From Octopus vulgaris (Eukaryota), in contig OX597834.1 in NCBI GenBank assembly GCA_951406725.2, positions 3,534,001 through 3,598,000 on the forward strand: a stretch of DNA of 64,000 bases, read 5' to 3'. The notes below the pieces were generated by a model. The model did no database searches. It was not told the origin of the DNA and worked only from the letters and a program-made list of their open reading frames with translations. Made by a program: the position numbers and the translations under genes. Of this stretch, positions 10,115-22,328 are shown in pieces (positions within the stretch are counted from its first letter, which is position 1; the number at the start of each line of letters is the position of its first letter).

Positions 10115-12370
10115 AATGAAACAGAAGTTGAAATTTTTAATAATTTTTTCACCCGAATCGCAACGTCTAGAAAACACATAACCAGACACATACAATATTC
10201 CACACTGCGCCGATCTTAGGACACTTGAAGTCAGACAGTTGGTGGGAATCTTCTCAAATTTATGGCAATTATCTCTGATAAAACTCTGTCAGCTGGCCCC
10301 CGCTAAAATAGTTATGTCCCTCCATGTCCATCACAAGAAAAACGCAATGTACATTTTGGAATCCTGAAGTATTCCATTGTTGCTACAGATCCATAAACCT
10401 TTGCTAAATCTAACTACAAAACATTCAGCATATCCTTCTTTTCACATTCAATGGTTTTCCCACCAGCCAGATATTTTTGCATTACATAATTTCTGGACTG
10501 GGCTGTCAATATAGTCTTTGTTTTTCTCTCTTTCTCTCTCTCATAAATTTATTTGTGAAAGTGTGTTGTTCATAGGCTCTCTTCTCTTTTATACATTCAT
10601 TTTTATTTTTGCAATTAAGGTGTGTGTCCTATGAATCTTTTTATCTTAATTTTAGTTATAGCAAGGTATAGCAACTGACATACTTGCTGTGTGATTGGCC
10701 CTGGGCCAATTCTTCAACGCTAAACACGAAGTTTGCATTGTCAGAGTTAAGGTGCTTGCTGTAAGGCAAGGAGGAACAAAAGCGGCTCGTGGGCCCGTGT
10801 GGCAGAAGTGCAACGTTGCATCGAAGCCATTATTCGGTCTTTAGTGGACAAAATGGGCGCATGGTACTTGAGGTCAAGCAGATGTTTGAGGAACGAGATT
10901 TTTTATGTATGTTCGTATTTCAATAAATACCTCCTGTCAGAATTTAAAAGTCGACCAATGGACACTCAGTAAACGATTAACATCTGGTTTACGTTTGCTT
11001 GACATCGAATTATCGTAACGTTGGTTATCTCCGCTGTGAGAGTGTCTTTAATCTTTTCGTCCATCCAAGACACCGTTCTTTCATTTTTATTGTCATCACC
11101 TTGTTTCTGACATTGTCTGGACTGTCCTGATAGTACTTTTGTTTAGAAACATCCCCCGTTTTGCAGAGAGTGCATATCAATATTTTTTTTTATATATTCG
11201 CCAACTATCGGAGAAAGCAAATATTTTGCTATTTTCCAAATAATTTGAAGCATGGCTGAGAAAGAAGTAATCATAATGTTCGACGACGCGTTCCTCGTCG
11301 GAGAAAAGAATACTGGCGTAGCTTTGACAACAGTAAAGGACATCGCCGCCTCACCAGCGAAAGTAAAATCCGAGCCTAATACACTTTCGTCTCTAAGCTT
11401 ATTAGTCTGCTTCAGCTGGTGCTGTTCAGGGATAGAAGTAAGATGAACTACACGAGCTGAAGCAGACTACTATGGTCCCTTAAAGATTGAAACCAGAGCT
11501 TTACCACAGAGTAGGGGATAATTAGTATGGCTAAGCTGTATGGAAGAGGGGTAAATAAATGTTATGTATGGAAGAACTGTATCAAATCTTTACATCGAGA
11601 CACAAATTACTTAATAGCAAGCTGGAACCGATCCTAAGATTCTTGCATAAACATAGCAAGACTTTTAAGACATTTAACACACGTTCTAGATAACTGAGTA
11701 GTAAAGATAAAAGCACAACTCCCCAAATACATAGTCTCTTTTTCAGTCAATCAAGTATATATTCCTTTATATATATATATAAATATATGCATACATACAT
11801 ATATGTACATACCTACATCTATATGTATATATACATGCATATATGGGTACAGGACATTAAAAAACGTTGAACACAATGAGAAACGAAAACATAAAAAGAA
11901 AAACATAGAAAACTTTATTAAAGTAACGGTAAATAAATACTTCTTTACAACTTCGATCTCTGTTCTTCTTTCATCTTTCACATCTTACAATATGCCGTGG
12001 TAATAAATCTTTGCTGTTCACACACACACACGCTTTTTCTTTTCCAATTTTTATTATCTGCTTCAGCTCGTGAGCTGTGGCCGTGCTGAATACCACTATT
12101 GGTTTTGCTACGTTTTCCTTAATACTCTTTCTATGGTTGGCTTGGTGAATGAGGGAGTTCAACATTACCACTTTCGATTGCCTTTCCTGATGTGAAGTTG
12201 GCTCATCTGGGACTTTTGACTAGGAAATCCATTTCTGGTTTGAAGACGTTTGTATCCACTCCATGTAGGTCTCTCATGTCTTTTCAGGAGGATATTGAAA
12301 GACTGTGAGCACTTATATCATAAACTGTTGCAGTATCCGGTCCTGTATTTCGACGGTATGGGTGGGATCT

Positions 12371-12590
12371 GGCAGAAACGTTAGCGCGCCGGGCGAAATG
12401 CTTAGCGGTATTTCGTCTGTCGTTACGTTGTGAGTTCAAATTCCGCCGAGGTTGACTTTGCCTTTCATCCTTTCGGGGTCGATAAATTAAGTACCAGTTA
12501 TGCACTGGGGTCGATGTAATCGACTTAATACCTATGTCTGTCCTTGTTTGTCCCCTCTATGTTTAGCCCCTTGTGGGTAATAAAGAAATA
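12371..12590 (+). mobile_element. tRNA-derived SINE with 16-bp TSD
   Basis: Perfect direct repeat ggtatgggtgggatct at 12355-12370 and 12591-12606. Confidence 0.88.
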
Positions 12591-12887
12591 GGTATGGGTG
12601 GGATCTTTGGCACTACGCTCTGGAATTTTTGTAACTTCCAATGCCAAAGTAAGGTCCAGGACAAGACGTTCCATATCTTCCAAGTGTATATTACACCTCA
12701 TCTTTCCACCCTCCGCACCTGGGAGTCACAACCTTTTCAGTTTTTACCAATAACAATTCTATTACACTGAGATAATCTTCATTGAATTGCTTCAAGTTCA
12801 GCCACTCATTGTACTCTATGTGGTGGCCATTGTGGGAATCAGTGGTCAAAAAGCCCTAGGACAAATATCCCCCAGAGGGCTCTCATG

Positions 12888-13075
12888 GTTTCTTGTTGTC
12901 ATAGGTGCCCTGGGAATGATAGCAAAAGGGGCTGATTGCTACCTAACTCAGATACTAGGAAACCCCAAAACGGTAGAAATTCAAAAGATAGTGCTCATGG
13001 GAACTGCCCATATCCAGCGTAGAATACTGTCTCTGTTTTAAAACAAACTCATAATTTTCTTATGGTTTCTTAAAC
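12888..13075 (+). mobile_element. Short RLE LINE 3'-end fragment (copies near 39848 and 61796)
   Basis: VVIGALGMI...EIQKIVLMGTAHI.RRIL matches the C-terminus of the other LINEs in the window. Confidence 0.65.
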
Positions 13076-13145
13076 ATTCTCTAAAACAATATTATTTACA
13101 TTATTTACATCAGACGGATATTTGTCCTCATTTTGTTTGATGTTA

Positions 13146-13189
13146 ATACAACGTTTCGGATGATATACGCTCCAGCCTTCATCAGGGGT
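13146..13189 (-). ncRNA. Degenerate minimal hammerhead motif (Penelope-type terminal repeat remnant); copies at 40106-40149 and 62046-62089
   Basis: Minus strand CTGATGA-AGGCTG..CATCC-GAAACGTT with palindromic AACGTT stem III; mismatches in stems I and II. Confidence 0.5.
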
Positions 13190-13239
13190 CTTGGGGAAAT
13201 TTCGAACCTGGGTTCTCATTCTTAAGGTATTTTTTGAAG

Positions 13240-13292
<53 letters not shown>

Positions 13293-13847
13293 GAGTGAGA
13301 GAGCAGTGCATGCCATCAAAGTGACACTGGGGTAAAATATACGAAGCCCGGTATACCCATCATGACTACCCCGTCTGATAAGGGTACATTAGGCACATGC
13401 ATCACAACCATATGTGCTCGACGTGGTGATCTCATATCAAGTTAAACAGCGCATGACCTTGCAGGTGGGGCCCAGTTAGAATTTTCTTCTGGTCAAGTAG
13501 CCCATCCCGCTCAAAAGGTCCCTGAATGAGGATTGTTTAAGGATGTTGAACGAACTACACATGTTTCCAAAGGTGAATTATCCAAACCTCCAAGAATTCC
13601 TTTCAACATACGGTTATGATGCTCCCCCGTTACTTCTGTTCGTGGTCAGAGATGCACATATCGTCAGCCACTAAGGGACACGCTCAACTGGTTAAGGTAA
13701 AACAACTGACAAGCAAATCTGTGGTATTGAGCAGAATATTTGCTGTAGCCCATCTTTTATACCAAGACAAAACAATGTACATGATAACACTTCCAATCAG
13801 TTAAGATCAGAAGCCACGAGAGCCACTGCCTGGTACTGCATCAGGGA

Positions 13848-13850
<3 letters not shown>
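13293..13850. mobile_element. ~560-bp non-coding interspersed element embedded in (TTA)n (copies at 40250-40807 and 62217-62773)
   Basis: Sharp boundaries with (TTA)n on both sides, like the neighbouring Dong-like LINE, and no coding capacity. Confidence 0.45.
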
Positions 13851-13881
<31 letters not shown>

Positions 13882-13891
13882 GTTGTTGTTG

Positions 13892-14574
13892 TTGTTCAAA
13901 GAAGCGCTGGCGTTTCTCGTACCGGCGGATCCTTTGTGCTTTGGCAAGCATATCTTGCTCCGCTTTTCTTTTATCTCAGGTAAATAGTTGAACTTTTTGT
14001 TTTGTTCAAAGAAGCGCTGGCGTTTCTCGTACCGGCGGATCCTTTGTGCTTTGGCAAGGATATCTTGCTTCCGCTTTTCTTTTATCTCAGGTAAATAGTT
14101 GAACTTTTTGTTGTTGTTCAAAGAAGCGCTGGCGTTTCTCGTACCGGCGGATCCTTTGTGCTTTGGCAAGGATATCTTGCTTCAGCTTTTCTTTTATCTC
14201 AGGTAAATAGTTGAACTTTTTGTTTTGTTCAAAGAAGCGCTGGCGTTTCTCGTACCGGCGGATCCTTTGTGCTTTGGCAAGGATATCTTGCTTCCGCTTT
14301 TCTTTTATCTCAGGTAAATAGTTGAACTTTTTGTTTTGTTCAAAGCAGCGCTGGCGTTTCTCGTACCGGCGGATCCTTTGTGCTTTGGCAAGGATATCTT
14401 GCTTCCGCTTTTCTTTTATCTCAGGTAAATAGTTGAACTTTTTGTTTTGTTCAAAGAAGCGCTGGCGTTTCTCGTACCGGCGGATCCTTTGTGCTTTGGC
14501 ATGGATATCTTGCTTCAGCTTTTCTTTTATCTCAGGTAAATAGTTGAACTTTTTGTTTTGTTCAAAGAAGCGCT
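13892..14574 (-). repeat. 111-bp LINE-derived minisatellite, ~6 copies
   Basis: Period 110-112 bp. The minus strand encodes a 37-aa unit KFNYLPEIKEKRKQDILAKAQRIRRYEKRQRFFEQNK. Confidence 0.88.
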
Positions 14575-14577
14575 ACG

Positions 14578-14664
14578 TTTCTTCTTCTTCTTCTTCTTCT
14601 TCTTCTTCTTCTTCTTCTTCTTCTTCTTCTTCTTCTTCTTCTTCTTCTTCTTCTTCTTCTTCTT

Positions 14665-14695
<31 letters not shown>

Positions 14696-14716
14696 TTATT
14701 ATTATTATTATTATTA
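14578..14716. repeat. (TTC)n followed by (TTA)n microsatellite
   Basis: Directly visible; the (TTC)n tract is present only in unit 1. Confidence 0.95.
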
Positions 14717-15745
14717 TCATTCAGTAGTTTTATTTTTATAGCGTGCTTTCACTTCACTACCGAGCACAGCTCTGTGTGCCTTGGGTATATGCTGTGATTT
14801 GTTGTGATGCTCTGATGGTTATTGTATGGAAAGTGTTCTGCGTAGGATGTGTGCAGTGCCTAGTAGTGCAATTTTCTGTATGTTATATGTGTTTGTAAGT
14901 CCTGGTGTTTTTGTTGTGTATTTGTCTGAATATTTTTTTATCATGCCTAATGCACCTACTATGATAGGAATTGTTTCTGTTTTCAGATTCCACATTCTAG
15001 TTACCTCTATTTCCAGGTCTTTGTATTTTGAGAGTTTCTCCATTTCTTTTAGAGACACGTTGTCATCAGCCGGTATTGATACATCAATTAGAAAGCATTT
15101 TTTTTCTTCATGATCTCTGACAACTATATCTGGTCTGTTGGCCTTAATTTCTCTATCTGTGTGTATCGGCATATCCCAGAGTATGGTTGCTTTCTCGTTT
15201 TCTGTGACCTTTTCTGGTGTGTGCCTATACCATCTTTTTTCTGTTGTTATTCCATAATGTTGGCATAGCTTCCAATGTATGTAGGTTCCAACTCTGTCAT
15301 GTCTGTGAATATATTCCTTCTTAGCCAGGACTGGGCAGCTAGAGATAATATGATTTATTGTTTCTTGTCTATCTCCACATATTCTGCAGTTACTTGTAAT
15401 ATTTCTTTTCATTACATGTTTTTGGTAATTTCTGGTGGGGAGGCTTTGGTCTTGTGCTGCAATTAAAAATCCCTCTGTTTCTGCTTTGAGTCCTGAGCTT
15501 CTCAACCATTGCTGGGATTTTTCTTTGTCTATTTCTTTTGCGTTTAGTTTAGTCCAGTATTTACCATGAAGGGGCTTTTCTTGCCATCGTTTTATCATGG
15601 TTCGTTGCTGTTCTATTTTTAGTTTGGATTTCATTTGTTTTATAGCTTTTGTTGTTTCTTCATCTTCTTCTTCTTCTTCGTGTTTATTAGGTGGTATGAT
15701 TTCTTGTTTGTATTTGTCAGCTTCCTTAAATACTGAGAACAGTTT
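14717..15745 (-). mobile_element. Young 5'-truncated R4/Dong-like LINE (CCHC knuckle plus restriction-like endonuclease) inserted in (TAA)n
   Basis: Open frame with HGKY, ETEGFLIAAQDQSLPTRNY, CRICGDRQETINHIISSC, YIHRHD, RPDIVV..LIDV, EKLSKY and PIIVGALG, then a short 3' UTR. (TTA)n on both flanks matches the known TAA-repeat targeting of Dong. Confidence 0.88.
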
Positions 15746-15763
15746 TATTATTATTATTATTAA

Positions 15764-15814
<51 letters not shown>

Positions 15815-15959
15815 TACTATTACTATTACTATTATTATTATTATTATTATTAATAATATTTTCCGATTGATTTGCATAATAATAAATGCAAATCAATCTT
15901 CTGACCGGGTACCAACCAGAGACCTAAGGTACATTTATATTAGATGGAGAGAAACTTTT

Positions 15960-17254
15960 TGAGAATGTAGGCGTTTGATGTCAACAAAAGATTTTGAGTC
16001 TTATTGAGTGTTGGTTTCCCAAGGATCTGGTCAAAAAATTTGTGTCTTTTTTTATCATTCCTAGGGCACCTACAACAACAGGGATGGTTTTGGTTTTTAA
16101 CTGCCACGACCTAGATATCTCAATCTCAAGGTCCTTATATTTCGACAGTTTTTCAAATTCCTTTGTTGAAATGTTTCTATCAGTAGGCAGGTATGTTTTT
16201 TTTTTCTTTTTCGCCTTTGATGACGATGTCTGGTCCGTTAGCATTTATTTGCCTGTCTGTATGTATCCCATAATCCCATAGGATGGTAATAGTCTCTCCC
16301 TCAGTGGATGGCCCTGGATGGTGTTCATACCAGTTCTTAGGGTGCAGAATATCATAGCGACGACACATGTTTCAGTGCAAGTATTGGCAAACTCGATCAT
16401 GCCTGGTTTTATATTCTGTAGGGGCAAGGACTGTGCAGCCACCATCAATGGGGTCAACACTCTCAAGTTTGTCATTGTAGAGTCTACACTTTGTGTCTAC
16501 ATCATTGTGTGTGACATTTGCTTAATAGTTCCGGGTAAGGAGATTCTGATCTTGTGCCCCTAGGATAAACCCTTCTGTTGCGGCTTTGAAACCAACTCTC
16601 TGCAGCTACTGAAGGGTTCTTCTTATATCCCCATCAGCTTCCCCAGCTCGTTTAGAGTATTGCCCATGCGATGGATTTTCTTGCCACAGTCTTGATATTT
16701 CCTTCAAGCTTTCTTGTTTGGCTTTTGCTTTACACTTTTTTGTTGTCTTAGTAGGTGGTATGTTCTCATTGTCATCATCATAAACAAGCCTCCTTTACAT
16801 GCACCCTTTGGGATTGAGTGCAGTTTCTTACACTGTTCGTGTTGCTTTACCAGCTGTATCTTCCAGTTGGTGTTACTTCGGATGTACACTTGGAGTCCTA
16901 TCGCGGTCGTTTTATACGACATTTCAAGCTGGATTAGGCCCCTGCTGCCTTCCTTCCGTGGGAGATAGAGCCTGTCGACGTCTGATTTTGGGTGATGCAT
17001 CCTGTTTAGTGTCAGTAGTTTCCTGGCCTTTATGTCCATACGCTTGAAGATCAGTCGGATTCCAATTAATGACATTAAGGCTATACTGGATATCTGTATA
17101 TATAGCTTATATCTGCAATTCTATTCTGAGAGTTCAGCACAGTATTCAGGACCATTCTGACACGTCTATAATACTCTTTCCTTGTCTTTGATTGCTCCAT
17201 GTTGAATCCCTTTTCCTTTCTGTATCCCAATATACTTATAAAAGCCTTTTTGTC
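15960..17254 (-). mobile_element. Older frameshifted R4/Dong-like LINE fragment (RT thumb to RLE)
   Basis: HHPKSDVDRLYLPRKEGSRGL, TILWD..PDIV, EKLSKYKDLEIEI and IPVVVGALG are spread over several frames. Confidence 0.82.
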
Positions 17255-18145
17255 GAAATATTCTAGAGACCAATCACCTGTTGTCCGTAATGGAATTGAT
17301 CAAAGTCCAGCCATCTCTACAATTGGTCAGTTATATTTAAACCAAGGACATATTAAGACCATTACAGGGGTAGCCGTAAATAAAGACGAAAATGAACCAG
17401 TAAATAAAAAGGTATCGGGGAGAAGACTATGTTATAAGTGGCCCGAGGCCGCTTATGCCCCTCTACACCATCTCAACATAACATAAAATAGAAATAAAGT
17501 AAGTACTAGCAATCAATACGGCCAAAAACTTTTTAACAGTTAAGGGGAGACTACTGATAGGGAGCTGAATACTAATAGAAATTACCTTCGAAAAATATAA
17601 TGCTAAACCTGACATCTTAAATAGCCAGCATACTTCCAAGTGGTGATTACAAGGTGTAAATGTCTACACGTTACTGAGTGCATTCTGCCACTTAGACAAC
17701 CACTTAAAGGTTTATCTTACTCCAGCCCACTCAGTTGGCCAAAATGAATTGTAGCTGTAATTCAAAGGCACCAGCCTTGTCATATTCTGTGTGAGGTTGA
17801 ATCTCCCTGAGAACTACATTAATGATATGCATGTCTGGGGATTACTCAGCCATTTGCGAGTTAATTTTATCCTCGTATTGTAATGAAAAGTGAAAGTGTC
17901 ATCCTATATTTTATGTGTCTATGTATCTATGTACCAACTTTTCTTTCGATCTATGTATCTACTGTTTCTCTCACTTTCTCTCTTTCTCTTTCACTTCCTC
18001 TGTGTCCCTCCTCTCTCCCGTTTTTAATTAAACGTGTGCATGTATCTGTGTGTCAAATTTTCTTTCGATCTATTTATCTACTTTTCTTGCGATGTAATAA
18101 ACATTTAGAAACACAAAACGAACGCCATCACCACTCACTGTTTCT

Positions 18146-18181
<36 letters not shown>

Positions 18182-18444
18182 ATCTTTCACTCTCATTCTC
18201 TCTTTCTTTCTCACTCTCTCTTTCTCTCTTACTTCCTCTCTGTCCTCTCCCTCGCTTTGCCACTGACTTCTTCCTTTGAAGTAAGTGTGACACACACCAC
18301 AGATGCGTACAAAAAGAACAAGTTGGCGTATTAATATTATTAATAAATGTAACTATGTCTAATATAAATGTGTAAGCGTTTGTAAAGTATTTCATTGTTT
18401 TAGGTAAATTTTAAAATAAAATATTTTAACCTTTTTCAGGTTTC

Positions 18445-20409
18445 ATGAGGAAAAAAGTGAAAGAAATGAATAAAAAAGCAATAATTCCTATTCTGTGTTT
18501 GGGTACCACAATTTCCATATTTATTATACGGAGTTTCATTCTGAATAAGGAAAACATGCAATTGATAGAAATAGAAATTAACAAAGGATTCTTGGTTGAT
18601 TCGAAAATGTGCAGGATACCAAATATTGATCCATTCGACATTTCCGTGCGTAAATATTTCTCGATAAGTAAATGGCGACCCTGTCCAGGTAATGCTTCTT
18701 TGACGTACCAAGAGGATAATGTTTTGAGAATTAATAAAGCTGTTATCATACAAAAGTATAAAAACAATTTCCATTCATGCAAAGTATATCCAATAGTAAG
18801 GAATGATACTGACGATGATCATGTCGACTACATGAAGGAATCTTTACTGTTTAAATCAGATGTGAATATAACTGATGAATTTATTAGAGTTCAATGTTTT
18901 AATAGAAACAATAAAACAATTTACACAAATTTCCACGCCTTTGTCCAGATGAAAGAATTACGGCCTAAGGATACGAACCCATATAATACTGGTTACGATG
19001 GCATATACTCTTCAAAAGATTCTATGAAAAACATTGATTTTTCAAACTTTGCAGAAAACAAGCTTTCACTGAATGTTCTTTTAATTGGAATTGATTCAGT
19101 TTCGCGATTGAATTTCATACGACAGATGCCGTTAACTCGTCAGTTTCTATTAAGTCATGGCGCTATTGAAATGTTAGGTTACAACAAAGTGGGTGATAAT
19201 ACATTTCCCAATATGATACCATTTCTTACTGGGAAATACCTAGAAGAACTACCTGAATCAAAGAAACTGGAACGGGAGCCATTTGATAAATACGATATAA
19301 TTTGGAAACATTATAATAAATCCGGGTACGTTACTATGTTTGCAGAAGATTCAACATCTGGAGCAATGTTTAACTACTTCAAGTACGGTTTTAAGAAACA
19401 ACCGACTGACCATTATTTGAGACCATTTGCACTAGCAAGAGAGAAAGCAAAGTCTCTTTGGTCAAATAATAATTTTTGCTTTGGTAATCGAATGGAACCA
19501 GCTATAGTTCTACAATACACACATGATTTTCTCAGAGTCTACAAGGATAAGCGATATTTCACTTTAACATTTATCACACGTATTTCACATGATGACATGA
19601 ATATGGCTGGTCGTGGAGATTTTGAATATCTGAGGTTCCTTAAGAAATCCTTTAATCAAAACCTTCTAAACAATACTATTTTGTTTTTCTTTTCTGATCA
19701 TGGAATTAGATTTGGCTTATTTCGTAAGACTTATGTTGGTCGACTAGAAGAACGACTGCCTACTATGTATATCCTTCCACCTGACTGGTTCAGAGACAAA
19801 TTTCCGACATTATGGAATAATCTCAAAGTAAACACTCACCGATTGACAACACCATTCGATATCTATGAAACCCTACAAGATATTTTGGATATCGAAAAAA
19901 CAGCAGAACGTTCTAAATCTAATGAAATTGACTACAACAATCTCAAACGAATCAGCCTGTTCAGAGAGATACCTTTAAATCGTTCTTGTGAAGCAGCACA
20001 TATTAAACCACACTGGTGTACATGTCACCTCTTTAATCCAGTTGCTCTTAATGATAGCATTGTAATTAACGTAACTAATTACCTCGTGAATTATATAAAC
20101 AACATGACATCAACTTCTAGTAAAGTGTGTGCCAGGTTAAAATTACAGGAAATCAAAAATGCTGAAATTTCAGTGATGAATGACCAGGTACTTTCCTATT
20201 TAGGCAAAGGAGTTCAGACTTATAAGGATTACCGAATTATTATGCAAACACTTCCCGATGAAGGTTTATTTGAAGGAACAGTAAGATATTACAGTGACAA
20301 TGAGCAGTTTTCATTGTTGGGGGAAATTAGTCGAATAAATCGCTATGGACATCAATCTGAGTGTGTTCATGACTTTATCCTCAGGAAATATTGCTACTGT
20401 AACAAATAG
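18445..20409 (+). CDS. DUF229-family protein, 654 aa, copy 2
   Basis: Intact ORF with about 17 aa differences from copy 1 and all motifs retained. Confidence 0.9.
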   Translation: MRKKVKEMNKKAIIPILCLGTTISIFIIRSFILNKENMQLIEIEINKGFLVDSKMCRIPNIDPFDISVRKYFSISKWRPCPGNASLTYQEDNVLRINKAVIIQKYKNNFHSCKVYPIVRNDTDDDHVDYMKESLLFKSDVNITDEFIRVQCFNRNNKTIYTNFHAFVQMKELRPKDTNPYNTGYDGIYSSKDSMKNIDFSNFAENKLSLNVLLIGIDSVSRLNFIRQMPLTRQFLLSHGAIEMLGYNKVGDNTFPNMIPFLTGKYLEELPESKKLEREPFDKYDIIWKHYNKSGYVTMFAEDSTSGAMFNYFKYGFKKQPTDHYLRPFALAREKAKSLWSNNNFCFGNRMEPAIVLQYTHDFLRVYKDKRYFTLTFITRISHDDMNMAGRGDFEYLRFLKKSFNQNLLNNTILFFFSDHGIRFGLFRKTYVGRLEERLPTMYILPPDWFRDKFPTLWNNLKVNTHRLTTPFDIYETLQDILDIEKTAERSKSNEIDYNNLKRISLFREIPLNRSCEAAHIKPHWCTCHLFNPVALNDSIVINVTNYLVNYINNMTSTSSKVCARLKLQEIKNAEISVMNDQVLSYLGKGVQTYKDYRIIMQTLPDEGLFEGTVRYYSDNEQFSLLGEISRINRYGHQSECVHDFILRKYCYCNK

Positions 20410-21795
20410 CATTCTTTAGTCCTGTTTTCGCAATGTCTAATTATATTAGAACACATCAAACTACTTAAGCTGTTTTTTGTATTTGATGGTCTCTGTATTT
20501 ACAATACCTAACATGTTTGATGCGAAACTGTTTACATTTTATTGTGGAAACCGTCGAATGTATTAGAAGTTGATGCAACATTGCACAAGAATTATAGGAT
20601 TTCGTAAATGTGTATTTTTTTATATTAACATCGCAGCTGAAATCGCTGTATCGCAGACGCATCGAATACTATTACGTTAAAGGTTGGACACAAGCAGTCA
20701 TGTGTGAGTTGTCTACGATAGATCATCCAATCGAGAGACAGCAAAACGTTTCTCTTTCCCTCTCTCCGTGCGTGCATATTTTGTATATGTGCTCAAGCAC
20801 GTGGTTTGTGTGTCTGTTTAAAGCTGAAAAATAAATATTCACTAAATGTTTCTAAACTTTAGTTTATTTGTAATTAGTTGATTAGTCCCTTCGTCAAAAT
20901 TCGGAGTCTCACGTAAGTATACATATGTACACTTTTTTCACATCATTTCCCACAATATTTCCATAACTGAAGCAGAGTACTGAGTGCATTTTTTTTTCTT
21001 TTGTATAATAAAAATGTTATTCTCACCCTACTCTTATTAATCTCTGTCTATGAAGCAAGAATAATGAGTTTAATATAGAGAAACATCGGTACCTTTTCTC
21101 TTTGAAGAACAATCAAATTGCATTCCAGAAACTTTATAACATTCTTTTGTCAGTTTGTAGTAGAAAACTGAGCAGACAACCTCGTTATCTCCAAACCTTC
21201 CATCACTATTAAAGATCAAAAGGCATTTCCCGGCACAGTTTCAACTGCAGGTTAATAAACCGGATGCAAATAGCTTTAAATTCAGATTATTGCAAAGCAC
21301 CCTTGCTTTTTAGTGATTTCATAGTATAAAAACTAACCTTTCTGCCCATTCACCCAATGAATGAATTTTAAAAAATCTATTTCCCATCAAATCCCTTCTC
21401 CTTGGACATCAGGACATGATTTGATACGATACATAGAAAATAATGCACACACACAAATGCGTGCGCACTCACACACATAATTACAAATTAAAAGCAGCTC
21501 TGGTAATGTCTACATTGCCGGTTGCTCATATATAATAGTGTATGTATTTTGTTTATATGCTGAGGGGTTGCGTCTGGGGAACATTCCTTATACGATGCCG
21601 AAGGTTAAAGGACGCCAGGTGTCCCAGACCAGGTAAGGCAACTCGCCCCGAAAGGATCGAGAATGGAAGATACGGGTATTTCACCAATTTTGTGGCTTAT
21701 CATTGCAATGTACTCAGATCACCTCAGAACGAAACGATTGTTTGTATGTTATTATTGAGTGAAGTTTATTTGCTGATGTACTGCGGCGTAGCACA

Positions 21796-22328
21796 TCTAT
21801 ACGTATAAAACTGTAGTTGTGTGAGTGTCTGTCCCCTTCGATTTAGATTCCTAACTACTCCCACATTTTGCGGTGCAGTTTAACCAAATTCGGGTATCTT
21901 ATAGTCGTGATTCATATCGAGCCCGTCTGGCTATTAGCGCGCGTCTACGATGAGTCTACGATTTTAAAAATAATTTAACATAATTTTTTATTCCATTTTA
22001 ATGCACATTTTTTCGTGTGTCGATGGCGGCGGAGTTGGCGTCCACGCTCACGCCTGCACCTGTTTGCTTCTCCCCCTTCTTCCCTCACTTGTGAAGCTGT
22101 GGGGAAGGGAGTGTAAGGAAATCAACGTCGTAATGCGTTGTCAAGGAGACCAGCGTTCTTTTAGAACAACGACTTCATGGCTTGAAGACACTGAGTCAAC
22201 GATTTAAAAAAAAAATTATCATAATTTTTTATTCCATTTTTAATGCATTTTTTTTCCTATAACTCTCTAAAAATGCTTATATAGTTATTTCCCTTACAAA
22301 CCCGAGCAACGCCGGGCAATACTGCTAG
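21796..22328 (+). mobile_element. Non-autonomous Helitron (unit 2 copy)
   Basis: Paralog of 4547-5076. Confidence 0.75.

Larger units (their letters stand above)
12..17254 (+). repeat. Segmental tandem duplication unit 1 (~17.2 kb)
   Basis: Sequence from position 12 recurs at 17255 and 44025 with the same ORF order. This unit lacks the segment present at 28605-38727 in unit 2. Confidence 0.9.

Noticed and set aside
11252-11446. Possible small exon MAEKEVIIMFDDAFLVGEK
   Set aside because: Frame differs between units (extra A), with no recognisable homology or clear splice sites.
14819-15877. 352-aa ORF with poly-Ile N-terminus as a host membrane protein
   Set aside because: The poly-Ile is translated (TAA)n microsatellite fused to a truncated LINE ORF.
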